A DNA stretch of 64,000 bases from Trichoplax adhaerens (taxonomy: Eukaryota > Animalia > Placozoa), in contig NW_002060949.1 of the NCBI RefSeq assembly GCF_000150275.1, positions 3,292,449-3,356,448 of the forward strand. The letters run 5' to 3'. Shown here one piece after another: positions 53,523 to 64,000 of the stretch. Below the pieces are notes generated by a model. The model was not told the DNA's origin. It was given only the letters and a program-made list of their open reading frames with translations, and did no database searches. The translations under genes were made by a program, and so were the position numbers. Within the stretch, counting starts at the first letter, position 1, and each line of letters opens with the position of its first letter.

Positions 53523-54691
53523 GGTGTACTTTTAGTACTCTGCAGTCTTTTCGTAATCAAGAGTGAGTCAAAATTGTTAGAATATCGTTTTGACTGCACT
53601 TTACATTTATACGTGCAGTCAACGCATGCAGTCGGTATCATGTCATTTCTGATTAATGATTGAGTGAATATGTGTACACTGTATCGCATTAAATTGTTTC
53701 TAATTTGTTGATAGAGTTCTCGTAACGGTTTTACCGATTCGCTTGTCAGCTAGTTTATATCATAGTCGAAAATATTCAGTTTATTTTATAAAAGATGATG
53801 AAAATTTATTTTAATGATAGTCAGAAATTGTAGCGTCTTTTTGAAGTCTTTGATAATCTGAAAGTGTATCATTGCCGATTTTCGGTTGACTTATTAAATA
53901 TAGCATCAACTAAATCAATCGCTCAATGTAGATGACTTGAGTAGGTGTAGTATATATGCAAGTAGTCATGTCCTTTTTTAAAACAGGAAGATTGGTATTT
54001 CCATTGGAAAGACATTGCTGACCGCTAGTTTATTAGGTATTTTTCAAAAGTAGGGATTAAATATACGAATTTCCAGTACACGAGTCCGGCCATTTAGATC
54101 CTATTACTGACATGTGGCCTAGTAAGAAGAATGGTGATGCACTCGATTTTCTGAAGTAAAATATTGTCTTCATTTCATATATCGTAAGTCCTACAATCAA
54201 ACAACTAGGAGAGAGTTCAACGTTTACGAGGGTATCCATGCAATGGATCATAATTATACTGCTGCATTAACTTTGACATTAATGCATTTATGTAGGAAAT
54301 CATGATTGTATGGAATGTTTTATCATGGACTACTGGATATACTGTACATCGATGTATCTAGTAGTTTATGGTTTTATCTTCAGTATGCCTTTACTATCCG
54401 ATGTGTCAAAGCTTGTGATTGTGTAAGTTTTCATTAGCTTAGTAATTTCTATACTGTATTTACCACTAGTATGCGGTTGATTCATTCATCATTATACATA
54501 ACATATAGTATCTACAATATGTCTCAATTAATTCTAACTGTCAGGAACCAACAACAGCTACTGTAATACTGGGGCCGATGTTCACTTCCTGAGCCATACA
54601 TTAGTGCTGTAGATGATTTATTAGGTCTTAGACCAATGGTCATGAGTGCGCTTGAAATATTGAAGTAAAATCCTACTGAATATTGCTTATG

Positions 54692-55447
54692 TACGCGTAT
54701 ACTGTACTATAGGATTAAGGATTAATAAAATTAGGACTTTTGCCTACCTTTTACAGTTAATGCCCTAATTCATGCAGTTATTAAGGAATCACAAGAGCTG
54801 AATGTAATTTCAATTGGAATAAAATCGTCGTCAATTCTACCTATATATGACATATGACTATATACGCGTATACTGTACTATGGATCAAGGACATTTCAAT
54901 TGAAATAAAATCGTCCATAATTTTACACATATACACGTACAGTATACTGTACTATACTGTAGGATCAAGGACATTTGCCCATCTTTTACCGTTAATGCTG
55001 TATTTCATGCAATTATTAAGGAATGATCAGAGCTGAATGTCATTTAAACTGGAATATAATCGTATTCAGTTCTACATATATACGCGTATACTGCACTATG
55101 GATCAAGGACATTTCAATTGAAATAAAATCGTCCATAATTTTACACATATACGCGTACAGTATACTGTACTATGCTGTAGGATCAAGGACATTTGCCCGT
55201 CTTTTACCGTTAATGCTGTATTTCATGCAGTTATTAAGGAATCACAAGAGCTGAATGTGATTTCAATTGGAATAAAATCGTCGTCAGTTCTACCTATATA
55301 TGACATATGACTATATACGCGTATACTTTACTGTACTAATGGATCAAGGACATTTCAATTGAAATAAAATCGTCCATAATTTTACATACTGTACTATAGT
55401 GTAGGATCAAGGACATTTGCCCATCTTTTACCGTTAATGCTATATTT
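54692..55447. repeat. Tandem array, ~3.5 copies of a ~170-235-bp composite unit
   Basis: TACGCGTATAC at 54692, 54863, 55081, 55316; recurring GGATCAAGGACATTT, TTCAATTGAAATAAAATCGTC and TTATTAAGGAATCACAAGAGCTGAATGT blocks. Confidence 0.92.
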
Positions 55448-55548
55448 CCTGTCGTGGTGAAGGAGTCACGTGAGCGGAATGTGATCGATTGTATATACAG
55501 TATATTCTGCTGTACAGTGTACAGTAGAACACAGACACAGTAGGCAGT

Positions 55549-55582
55549 ACAGTACTGTACACTGTACAGTGTACAGTACTGT
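55549..55582. repeat. Perfect 34-bp palindrome in a TACAGT/ACTGTA-rich patch
   Basis: ACAGTACTGTACACTGTACAGTGTACAGTACTGT equals its own reverse complement. Confidence 0.95.
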
Positions 55583-56009
55583 CCATTGTCCAATGGCACG
55601 GCACACACACTCTTGATACAGTATTGCAAGAAGTCGTTGATAGCGCAGTCAGTAGCCAGTGTACTGTGTACTGTACTGTACAGTATGTATCCAACGCTAG
55701 AATGGATACCACTCGAACAAGCTGGCTGACTCTTCCTACAGTTCGACTCAGTCCGGTATGATGGGTGTGGAAGACGCGTCAGTCAATCACAACTCGCTAT
55801 TTCATGACGACAATAGATCTCCAAAGGAAGTTCCTATTGCTATTGTTCTCCACTTTAGTTTCTTTTGTCTTACTGGTTGCCTGGTCGATGTTACGGTTGC
55901 CCAGTGTCAGCCCATTGCTCGGTTCAACCTTTGTCATTGTATGGCGCTAGACTGCAATCACTCTCATACTTGATTCTACAAATTGTAAATCATCAATTGA
56001 TGACTGCAA

Positions 56010-56815
56010 CAACAAATATTGTAGACGAATTGTGAATTTCCATCAAAGTTGACAGCCAGCGTAGGAAAAGCGACATGGCTGATTTCAACTGACAGTTTCG
56101 ATCTCGTCCAATGAACGATTGAAGTTGATTATCCACAGTTTTCTACCTACGCAGTTATCGCAAGTTCATCGATCTTGTGCGTTTATATAAACAACATTGC
56201 TGGTGATTCCAAATCTTTAACCAATTGTTAACGTTCATTAGGGTGGACAAGCGGTGTGGAAAAACGACTTGGCTCATTCCAACTCCATATTTTGATCTTG
56301 CTAAATCAACTATTGAAGCTGGCTATCTATACTTTTCCACCAACAGAGTTAGCGCATGGTAATCAATCTTTTACGTGTATAAGTAGCATTGTTGGTGATA
56401 CCAAAATCTTCAATTAATTGTCAACATTCATAAAAGCGGACGGTCAGCATAGAACAACCACTCCACTGATTCTAGCTCAGTATTAAACTCTTACCAAATC
56501 AACCATTGATGTTGGCTATCAACAGTTTTCAATCAACTGAGTCATCGTAAGACAATCTATCTTATAATACGTCTATAAACGACATTGTTGATGATTAGAA
56601 ATCTTGCAGAATTGACAAATTGTCAACATTCACAAGGGCTGACACACAGTGTAGAAAAGCGCCTTGGCTGATTCCAACCCGGTTTTGAAATCTTCTCAAA
56701 TCGATTGTTAAAGTTTACTATCGAGAATTTTCTACTGACAGTACTGGGCTTTCGTGGGGGTAATCGATCTTTTATATAAACAACACAGTCGGTATTGAAA
56801 AACTTGACAAAATTT
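56010..56815. repeat. Diverged tandem array, ~4 copies of a ~195-bp unit
   Basis: Anchors CATTGCTGGTGAT 56195, CATTGTTGGTGAT 56387, CATTGTTGATGAT 56584; shared AATTGT(C/T)AAC(A/G)TTCA, GGCTGATT(C/T)CAAC and AAATCAAC.ATTGA blocks. Confidence 0.85.
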
Positions 56816-56919
56816 ATCCTTCAAGTTGAATCTGCCTACTCCAATTCAAAAAAAAAAACTCCACGCTTGACGACATCATCAAATATTTATATTGACTGGT
56901 GACCAACAAGGAAAGAAAA

Positions 56920-58386
56920 ATGGAAGACGAACTATTAGATGAAACACAACATGGAGGTAAAGTGGCGTTAGAATTTGTCCAGAAAAAGCGATTCTCATCC
57001 AAAATCTATGCGGCTATCGTGGTTTTTGTAATAGCAGTAATTTTAATAGCAGTCTTAATCACTCTCTTTGCTACCGGTATCATCGGCGGCAACAAGGCTC
57101 AAACTCCAACCAATGTAACCAATGTTACTATCAATGGTGTACCAGGAGAACGCTGGGATTATGTCACCGTTCGACCTGGAGCGCATATGTTCTACATGTT
57201 TTATGGCTCAACAAAGACAACACCTTCACGCGATCAGTTGCCTTTAATCCTATGGTTGCAAGGTGGTCCGGGTGGATCGTCCACTGGATTTGGTAACTTT
57301 GCAGAAATTGGCCCGTTAGATATTAATCTGAAGCCAAGGAAATCTACTTGGCTATCGCGAGCCAACTTATTGTTTATAGATAATCCTGTAGGTACTGGAT
57401 GGAGTTACGTTGATAATTCCTCCTTGTATACCACCGATGTGGATCAAATTGCTTCCGATCTCGTCGTAGCTATCAAAGTTATATTCAATCAAATTCCTAA
57501 AATGAGAAAAGTACCATTCTATATTTTTGCTGAGTCGTATGGTGGAAAGATGACTGTAGCATTTGCAATCCAATTGAAAAAGGCTATTGCTTCCAATAGT
57601 ATTCAATGCAATTTTCATGGAGTAGCCCTTGGAGATTCATGGATATCACCTTATGACTATGTTAACACTTGGGGACCATACTTATTTGCTTTATCGTTAT
57701 TGGATAAGAAGGAAGAAAAATCGGTCCAATATTACTCATCCTCTATTGCACAAGCAATGAAAAATCAACAGTATCAAAATGCTACTAATTTGTGGCGATC
57801 AGCAGAACGATACATAGAATTGGTAACTGGGAATGTCAATTTTTACAATGTTTTATCGCATCGCTACCGTTTCTCCTCTAAAAAACGAGAGCAGTCGGAA
57901 CAAGAAAAACTTGAAGCTTATTATCATTCTAGAGTTCGCCGATCATCGGGGCGCACACTTTCTTCAGTCATGAATAGTGACGTCAGGAAAATGTTAGGAA
58001 GTATCATTCCTTCTAATGTTGTATGGGGTGGCCAAGCAAATCAAGTCTTTGCATATCAAGAAATTGATTTTATGAAGCCAGTGATTGATAGAGTAGATGA
58101 GTTGTTAAATATGAATGTTACTGTTGCCGTCTATAACGGCCAATTAGACGTTATATGCGATACCTTGGGTACGGAAGCTTGGATGGCAAAATTAAAATGG
58201 AAAAATTTGCAAAACTTCCAAAGTGCTAAGAAGCACATTATGAAATTAAGCAACAAATCAGTTGCTGGCTTTTATAAAAAATTCAATAATCTGTCCTTAT
58301 TTTGGATACTGAAAGCTGGTCATATGGTACCAATTGATGCACCTGACGCTGCACTACAAATGGTAGATACCATACTCACATTTTAA
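56920..58386 (+). CDS. SCPEP1: Serine carboxypeptidase S10, SCPEP1-like paralogue b with N-terminal signal-anchor (predicted type II membrane protein), single coding exon, 488 aa
   Basis: First ATG 56920 (track start is a GTG). Charged 28-aa tail, then IYAAIVVFVIAVILIAVLITLFATGIIGG; WLQGGPGGSSTGFGNFAEIGP; ESYGGK / NGQLDVIC / AGHMVP triad intact. Confidence 0.92.
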   Translation: MEDELLDETQHGGKVALEFVQKKRFSSKIYAAIVVFVIAVILIAVLITLFATGIIGGNKAQTPTNVTNVTINGVPGERWDYVTVRPGAHMFYMFYGSTKTTPSRDQLPLILWLQGGPGGSSTGFGNFAEIGPLDINLKPRKSTWLSRANLLFIDNPVGTGWSYVDNSSLYTTDVDQIASDLVVAIKVIFNQIPKMRKVPFYIFAESYGGKMTVAFAIQLKKAIASNSIQCNFHGVALGDSWISPYDYVNTWGPYLFALSLLDKKEEKSVQYYSSSIAQAMKNQQYQNATNLWRSAERYIELVTGNVNFYNVLSHRYRFSSKKREQSEQEKLEAYYHSRVRRSSGRTLSSVMNSDVRKMLGSIIPSNVVWGGQANQVFAYQEIDFMKPVIDRVDELLNMNVTVAVYNGQLDVICDTLGTEAWMAKLKWKNLQNFQSAKKHIMKLSNKSVAGFYKKFNNLSLFWILKAGHMVPIDAPDAALQMVDTILTF

Positions 58387-61300
58387 TAAGAACGACCCTA
58401 CAATTTCCTGATATACATGTATTTTCTCCGATGTATGTAGTTGGCATAATGCATACAGTATCTTAACACAGGAGTAGCTTTTAGTAATATGTAGTTTTGC
58501 TTTAACGGGTTTGAAGATGATATCCATCAATGGTTTAAAGTACTCACATGTATAAGATAGCAAATGCTACTCAAAAATACTTTGGCAATCTTAACTGTGG
58601 ATACATTTTAAATTATCATAAGTCATTACTGCATGATACGATTAAATTAAACATGATTTCATGCCTTATTTCTTTATTCTTTATGTTAATATTATTCCTG
58701 ATTCAATCTATAACATGTTATTAACTTATTCTGTAGCAATTATTATCTTTGCAATTAACGAAACATTGAACCATTTGTCATTTTAAAAATATTATTATAC
58801 TGTAGCTTGATTTATAGGCTATAACCAAATAGAATAGATTTCGTTTATATCGTAAAAATTCTTTCTTGTTGTATATATATCAGGAAAATGTTATTAATAA
58901 AATTAATTTGCTTGTGATTTAAGACAACTAGAATTTACTCTATCGTTTGCAAACTATTACTTTGTAGCAAGATATCCAACAATAAGAATAAAACTACGTC
59001 TCAACAAAAGATGATTTATGAACGTTCTGATTGTATGTATAATAGTTAAAAATAGGGTTTAGTAGTTTTCATTTCTTTTATTAATAATACTTCATAATCT
59101 GCCATGTTATAAGAAATGGTCAAATTCCAGTAAATTCTATCTATAGGATGGCATTGTATTATTGACATCATGTTCTCATAGTATCAAAATCTATTTTTCT
59201 TGTTTTTTAATGTATTGCTATCTGGCAGTGGCGATATCTTACCTTTGTAAACGGCATTTCTATGTAAATCCTCAACAATGGCAATAAAAATCTGTCAACG
59301 AAAGACTGCTCTATCCGCATATTCGTTTCCTATAGCTCTCTAATAAAGTAGAGACTATTAGATTTCCGCCTGTAACTTAACAACTTTTTTTAATAAAATG
59401 TACTAATCGTATACTAGGGTAATTATGGTAATGATACTTATTTTCTCAATTATAGCAACTGTAAGATGAATAGAACTAGACTTGGTGATATATCTTGAAA
59501 TTCGAAGAATTTTTTGCCAAGTAAACCTTAAATAGAATTATGGAGTAGTATCGTTATTTGAACGGAATCGTAGCAATATACTTCAAATACGTGTACACCA
59601 CTACGAGTTTTTGATTAGATTGAATCAATTCTAGCCTACACGACGACAATAATTTCAGTAGATAAATGCTTCATCGCGCTTTGATACATTTAGAGTATAG
59701 TACATATGAACAGGTGCAGAGAAAAAAATATTGAGATTTCTGTAATATTTATTTAATTAGTTAATGATAACATAACCAGTATTGGGTGAAATCTTATAAA
59801 AATTTAGTCTATTTCTGTTTAAAACATATTGTAACTGCATTATGATTTCCTTTATAAAACAGTATTAATTGGCGTCAATTTATGTTTACGTAATTTTAAG
59901 GTGATGTGATCCAGGCAAAGTATATTTAATGATATGAATTACAAAGCATGTATGTTTAATTTTTCCATAGTTATACAAATTTCTTTTCATGAAATAGTGG
60001 AAATTGTTTTAGAGTCTAATTAAATGACTTTGACAAAATATGGTATACCGTAAGTAAGACACATCATACTAGAGTAGGTTGCTTTACTTTAAGGCTTTAT
60101 TTTTTATGTAGTATACGTTATTTTCTTCCTATAACAGGGATAATCTCTCATAAATGTCCATAAAAGAGGTTTATTGCTATAGTTCATGATAAAACCAAAG
60201 CGACTAGGGTGTATATTTATTTAGTAATAGACTAAAAAATTTAGATCCATTAGACCATTAGCAAGGAATACTCTCTTGGCAAAACGGCCATAAACGACTG
60301 ATAGTAAGTACCCCATAGAAAATACTGTATACTAAGGATTGACTAGATACCAAACCCTATTACTGCAAAGGATTACTATTACTGTATACGGATATGATGT
60401 AGAAAATTAATTTTTCTAAATATGAAGCAGACATTACTTGTATTTGTATATTTATTAGAATGATACAGGTATTTATTTCATTCTTATTGACAACTTATGA
60501 TACATGATTAAAATCCATAATAGCAGGGAAAATTAAATGAGAATCTTTATATAATTTATATGGCTTTAGGATCTTTAATTAATTTATAGTAATACTTATT
60601 CATAAATTAGCTTGAAGTAAGGCGATGACAACAATAATAAAAATTTGATGTTAGTAAATTAGGTTAAAAAGACATTTCATATTGTATATTATTCAATAGC
60701 TTTACAAGGGATATTCGGCAAATCCTTTTCCTGTACCATGACTACAAAAGTTTATGATTAACTTTTGTACAGTTTCAAAGTACAGTCTAAACTAATATAA
60801 TTTCTTTCTGTATTTCATTATTTAAGAGAAATTTCTCTATAAAATCTAATCAAGCTTTGAAAATGATTTCAAGTGGCAATATTTCACGATCAATTTATCA
60901 ATAAATCATTAAACATTAAGAAATACCCAACTGCCAACACTACATCTTTTGGTGACTTTTATTTATTGTGATAGTTTTGGCATTAATATTGTAGCTTGAT
61001 AAATGGCCTTGAAATTATTCAGAGTAATGAAATAGTTTAAAATATCGTAAAAGTTTGAAGAATTATCAGTTATTCTAGCCGTATTGTAATGTTAAAGGCG
61101 CATATATTACTATTCTATTAGAAACTGAATTTCTTTGTTCCTCGGCAAAGAGTTGCGTTTGTTACCTAAAGATAGCTATAGTCTTATTTATTATCTGTCA
61201 TAAGTAATGGCTCTCTCTCTATATATCTATGTTAACTTTTCGAAATAAAAAAAAAGATGAACAAAAAAGAGAGTTGCCCTATACATCCTTGCCGCACAGG

Positions 61301-64000
61301 TTATAAATATTAACTTTTCTATTATATCTTTGACAAACAGTCTTTATTTTAATGGAATGCTTCACACATGCAATGGGCATTATAAATAGATTTTTGTTTA
61401 TGCTTTATATTCTCTCTAGAATATGAAATACGCACATATATGGATTCATCGGAATTTCATAGCAAGGATAGTCTACAATCTTACCATTATTTAGTTCATC
61501 ACCTGTAATATGAGACAGAAGAAATATTTATGTCGCAAACGTTATATTCCAATCTTTTATTTTTATTCTATAAAATAGTTCATCATCATGCAGTATTTTA
61601 CTAATATCTAGTAACTTAAAGCAATTAATGAAACTCACCTAGGGTCCTTTCATCCTGCGATATCAGTATGCTAGTCTCTAATACGTACAGCTTCATGCGA
61701 AAAGATTTCGTTCTAAGATCGCGGATAAAATAGAGTTAAGATCATATTTTTTAATTTTTAGCCTTCACTATCATATTTAAAATAGCACTAACTACTTCTT
61801 TATTCATCTTGCATACTTGTAATTGCGATTATTTAATTTCAAGTGCTCCACAACTAAATGTAAAATGATATTATTTACTTCTTTACCCAAGTAGTACATT
61901 CTTACTCACGAACTATCCATTCTTAGAGATAAATATAATAGCGGTACGATATAATCGTTGCCAGTCTGAAAATATTCTATCATAGAATTTCTGTGAAGAA
62001 TGACCTTCGTTAGTAAAAAACGGGTAGCCAGTTCGAATTAGATAGGATTTTCTGTATAAATCTATATTGTTTTAAATAAGGCATGTTATCCCTGTAATGG
62101 ATCCAGCCTTGTTCAGTGGCTGAGTATTTCAGGAAAGAAGTACAGTAGTAGTAACCTAATTTTAATGCCAGTATATGTAAAGCTAAGGCATACAATAAAC
62201 CGTATTGAGAAATAAAAGCTGATAATTAAAACTCTTCAGTCAATCTGAATGGCATAATACTGGATTTCTATTTATATAAATACTTTCGTATCTGGTAAAC
62301 TAGTTCGCAGTCGATGGCTGTAATTTCAATGAAAGGAACGTAAAATGCTTCATTTTTGTAATATGTAAAGCTGAAAGTTATTCTATGGATGTTATTGAAG
62401 AATTGTGAGCATTGCGCTATTTACTTCTCAGTTATATTCCTTTCATTAAATTATATGAAAGAAATAGTCTTGCTAATAATGGTATCCTACTAGGAAAGAA
62501 CATACAGACAGTTTTATTCGTCATTTGTAGTCGAATTTCATCGCTATAAAGCTGGAATACATTCTGAGTTGAACAGTTTCACGTTGCATTTTAAATTCAT
62601 ATCTTTTTTGGGGTACTCTTTATAAATTAGGCGTCATTAAATTACGAGTAGATTTAAAAGATGTTATAGACTTACAATGCCCTGTACTTTATTCGCTATT
62701 AATGGTCTATTTGCAAATGATGCACAATTTCTTATGGAAACTCTATATAATCAATCCTTCTCTAAAGTGCTTAGCTTCATCCATTACCGGTAATGCCTTA
62801 TAGTGTGTCTATACGACTTATTTTTCGAAAATTCTGGACAAATCATATTTTTTGCTAACATTACGGTAACGTTAGCTCTAACGATGTTGTTGGCATTGCT
62901 GTTTAGGTCATTCTATGATTAAAGGCTAAAAATCGAATACTTGGTGTTGATTCCATACAAATATCGGAATATTTAATTAACGTAACACCAAAAGGATTAA
63001 TGTAACATTAGTATAAATTTTTAATAGCTAAAGGAAGTATGATGGTCTTTAACTTTTGATAGTCACACTACAGAATTTCTTCATAAGGCTACTTATAACA
63101 ATAAAAACGGAAACACAGTTTACAGCGGTTACAATGTTAGAGTAAATTCTAAAATTTTTAGTTTTCATCTTGACATTAGATCGAATAGCTTTGAAATGTT
63201 TTCAGTTTATTCCATAGAATTTTAATGCTTAAATTTTAGGATCATTTTCTAGCAGCAGAAAACGGGTTGGTATTGCTGGTAATTTTTAGATTACACTATC
63301 AGAATTTACTGCCCAAAATCACTGATAGTTTTCAGTAGCATTAAGGATAGGATTACAACTGCCAATTTTGGCTATAAAATTAAGGTTAAAATCATTATTC
63401 GGAGTAGTTGCAATAACGAAAAATAATTTCGATTTGCTATGATATTAAAGTGATTAAATCATACAGATTGAATATTTTCAGATTATTTCAATTAATATTT
63501 AGCATCTCAAATCAAATCCACACCGTTTTCAGAAACATAAAATAGTGACCAATATTAAGACTATATTATCATAAACGGTATTATAACTTCTTACAATAAC
63601 GGACCAAAGAAAACTTCTAATTTACTATAGCGCTAAAGCAATAATATTGTACCGACTCAGATATTTTCTGATTCATTAGGATATAAATTTCAAAACTATA
63701 TCTTAAAGCAATCCTACTTTCTGCTATAAAAAATTGGATCGTTGTGATCATTGAGCTGAAATAAAGGAACAAAGAAAGTTATTAATATCATTTATCACCA
63801 TAAGAATAGATTTCCATATACGGAATATCCTTGCAAAACTTTTTAAAAAATAACATATTTTCATTCTAGCAGCATTGGCTATAGTACAAATAACGCTATT
63901 ATACCGATTGCAAATGTAAATACTTTAAGAAAGGCAGTGAAAAATTAAAAATTTTCCTTCAATGCCCGACATTTTTCAAAATGTGAATTATTTACTTGAT

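Noticed and set aside
54692-55447. CRISPR array, or ORFs 54854-55036, 55336-55629 and 55440-55712 as genes
   Set aside because: The 'spacers' are themselves repeated; the ORFs are low-complexity translations of repeats.
56010-56815. Box C/D snoRNA cluster
   Set aside because: TGATGA is not conserved across the aligned units and no terminal stems are evident.
8881-58386. Channels, TPR gene and carboxypeptidases as one co-functional peptide-signalling locus
   Set aside because: Attractive, but only proximity supports it. ERCC4 lies in between and neighbourhood in animal genomes is weak evidence.
62010-62195. 61-aa ORF and other isolated 60-70-aa ORFs (4003, 5622, 9480, 17042, 18244, 19503, 32126, 54057)
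   Set aside because: No motifs; length and composition are typical of chance ORFs in AT-rich DNA.

Overview
AT-rich, intron-bearing animal genomic DNA, most likely placozoan (Trichoplax-like). This is inferred from the base composition, small introns, 42-aa TPR arrays and the DEG/ENaC type; it was not database-verified. Left half: a minus-strand tandem cluster of four DEG/ENaC (ASIC/ENaC-superfamily) channel genes. Three are complete 7-exon genes reconstructed by hand (548, 531, 485 aa) and one is cut by the left edge. Middle: two plus-strand TPR pseudogene fragments interleaved with the channel cluster, then an intronless 1341-aa gene of about 30 tandem 42-aa TPRs whose variation concentrates at groove-lining positions. 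Right half: intron-rich ERCC4/XPF (minus) head-to-head with an intronless secreted SCPEP1-type serine carboxypeptidase, two non-coding tandem arrays and a 34-bp palindrome, then a second intronless SCPEP1 paralogue with a type II membrane anchor and convertase sites. No gene could be supported in 58.4-64 kb. Best novelty candidates: (i) the variable-repeat TPR gene with co-oriented fragments, (ii) the membrane-anchored SCPEP1 paralogue, (iii) the diversified pore, wrist and thumb residues and a probable GC-AG intron in the channel cluster.
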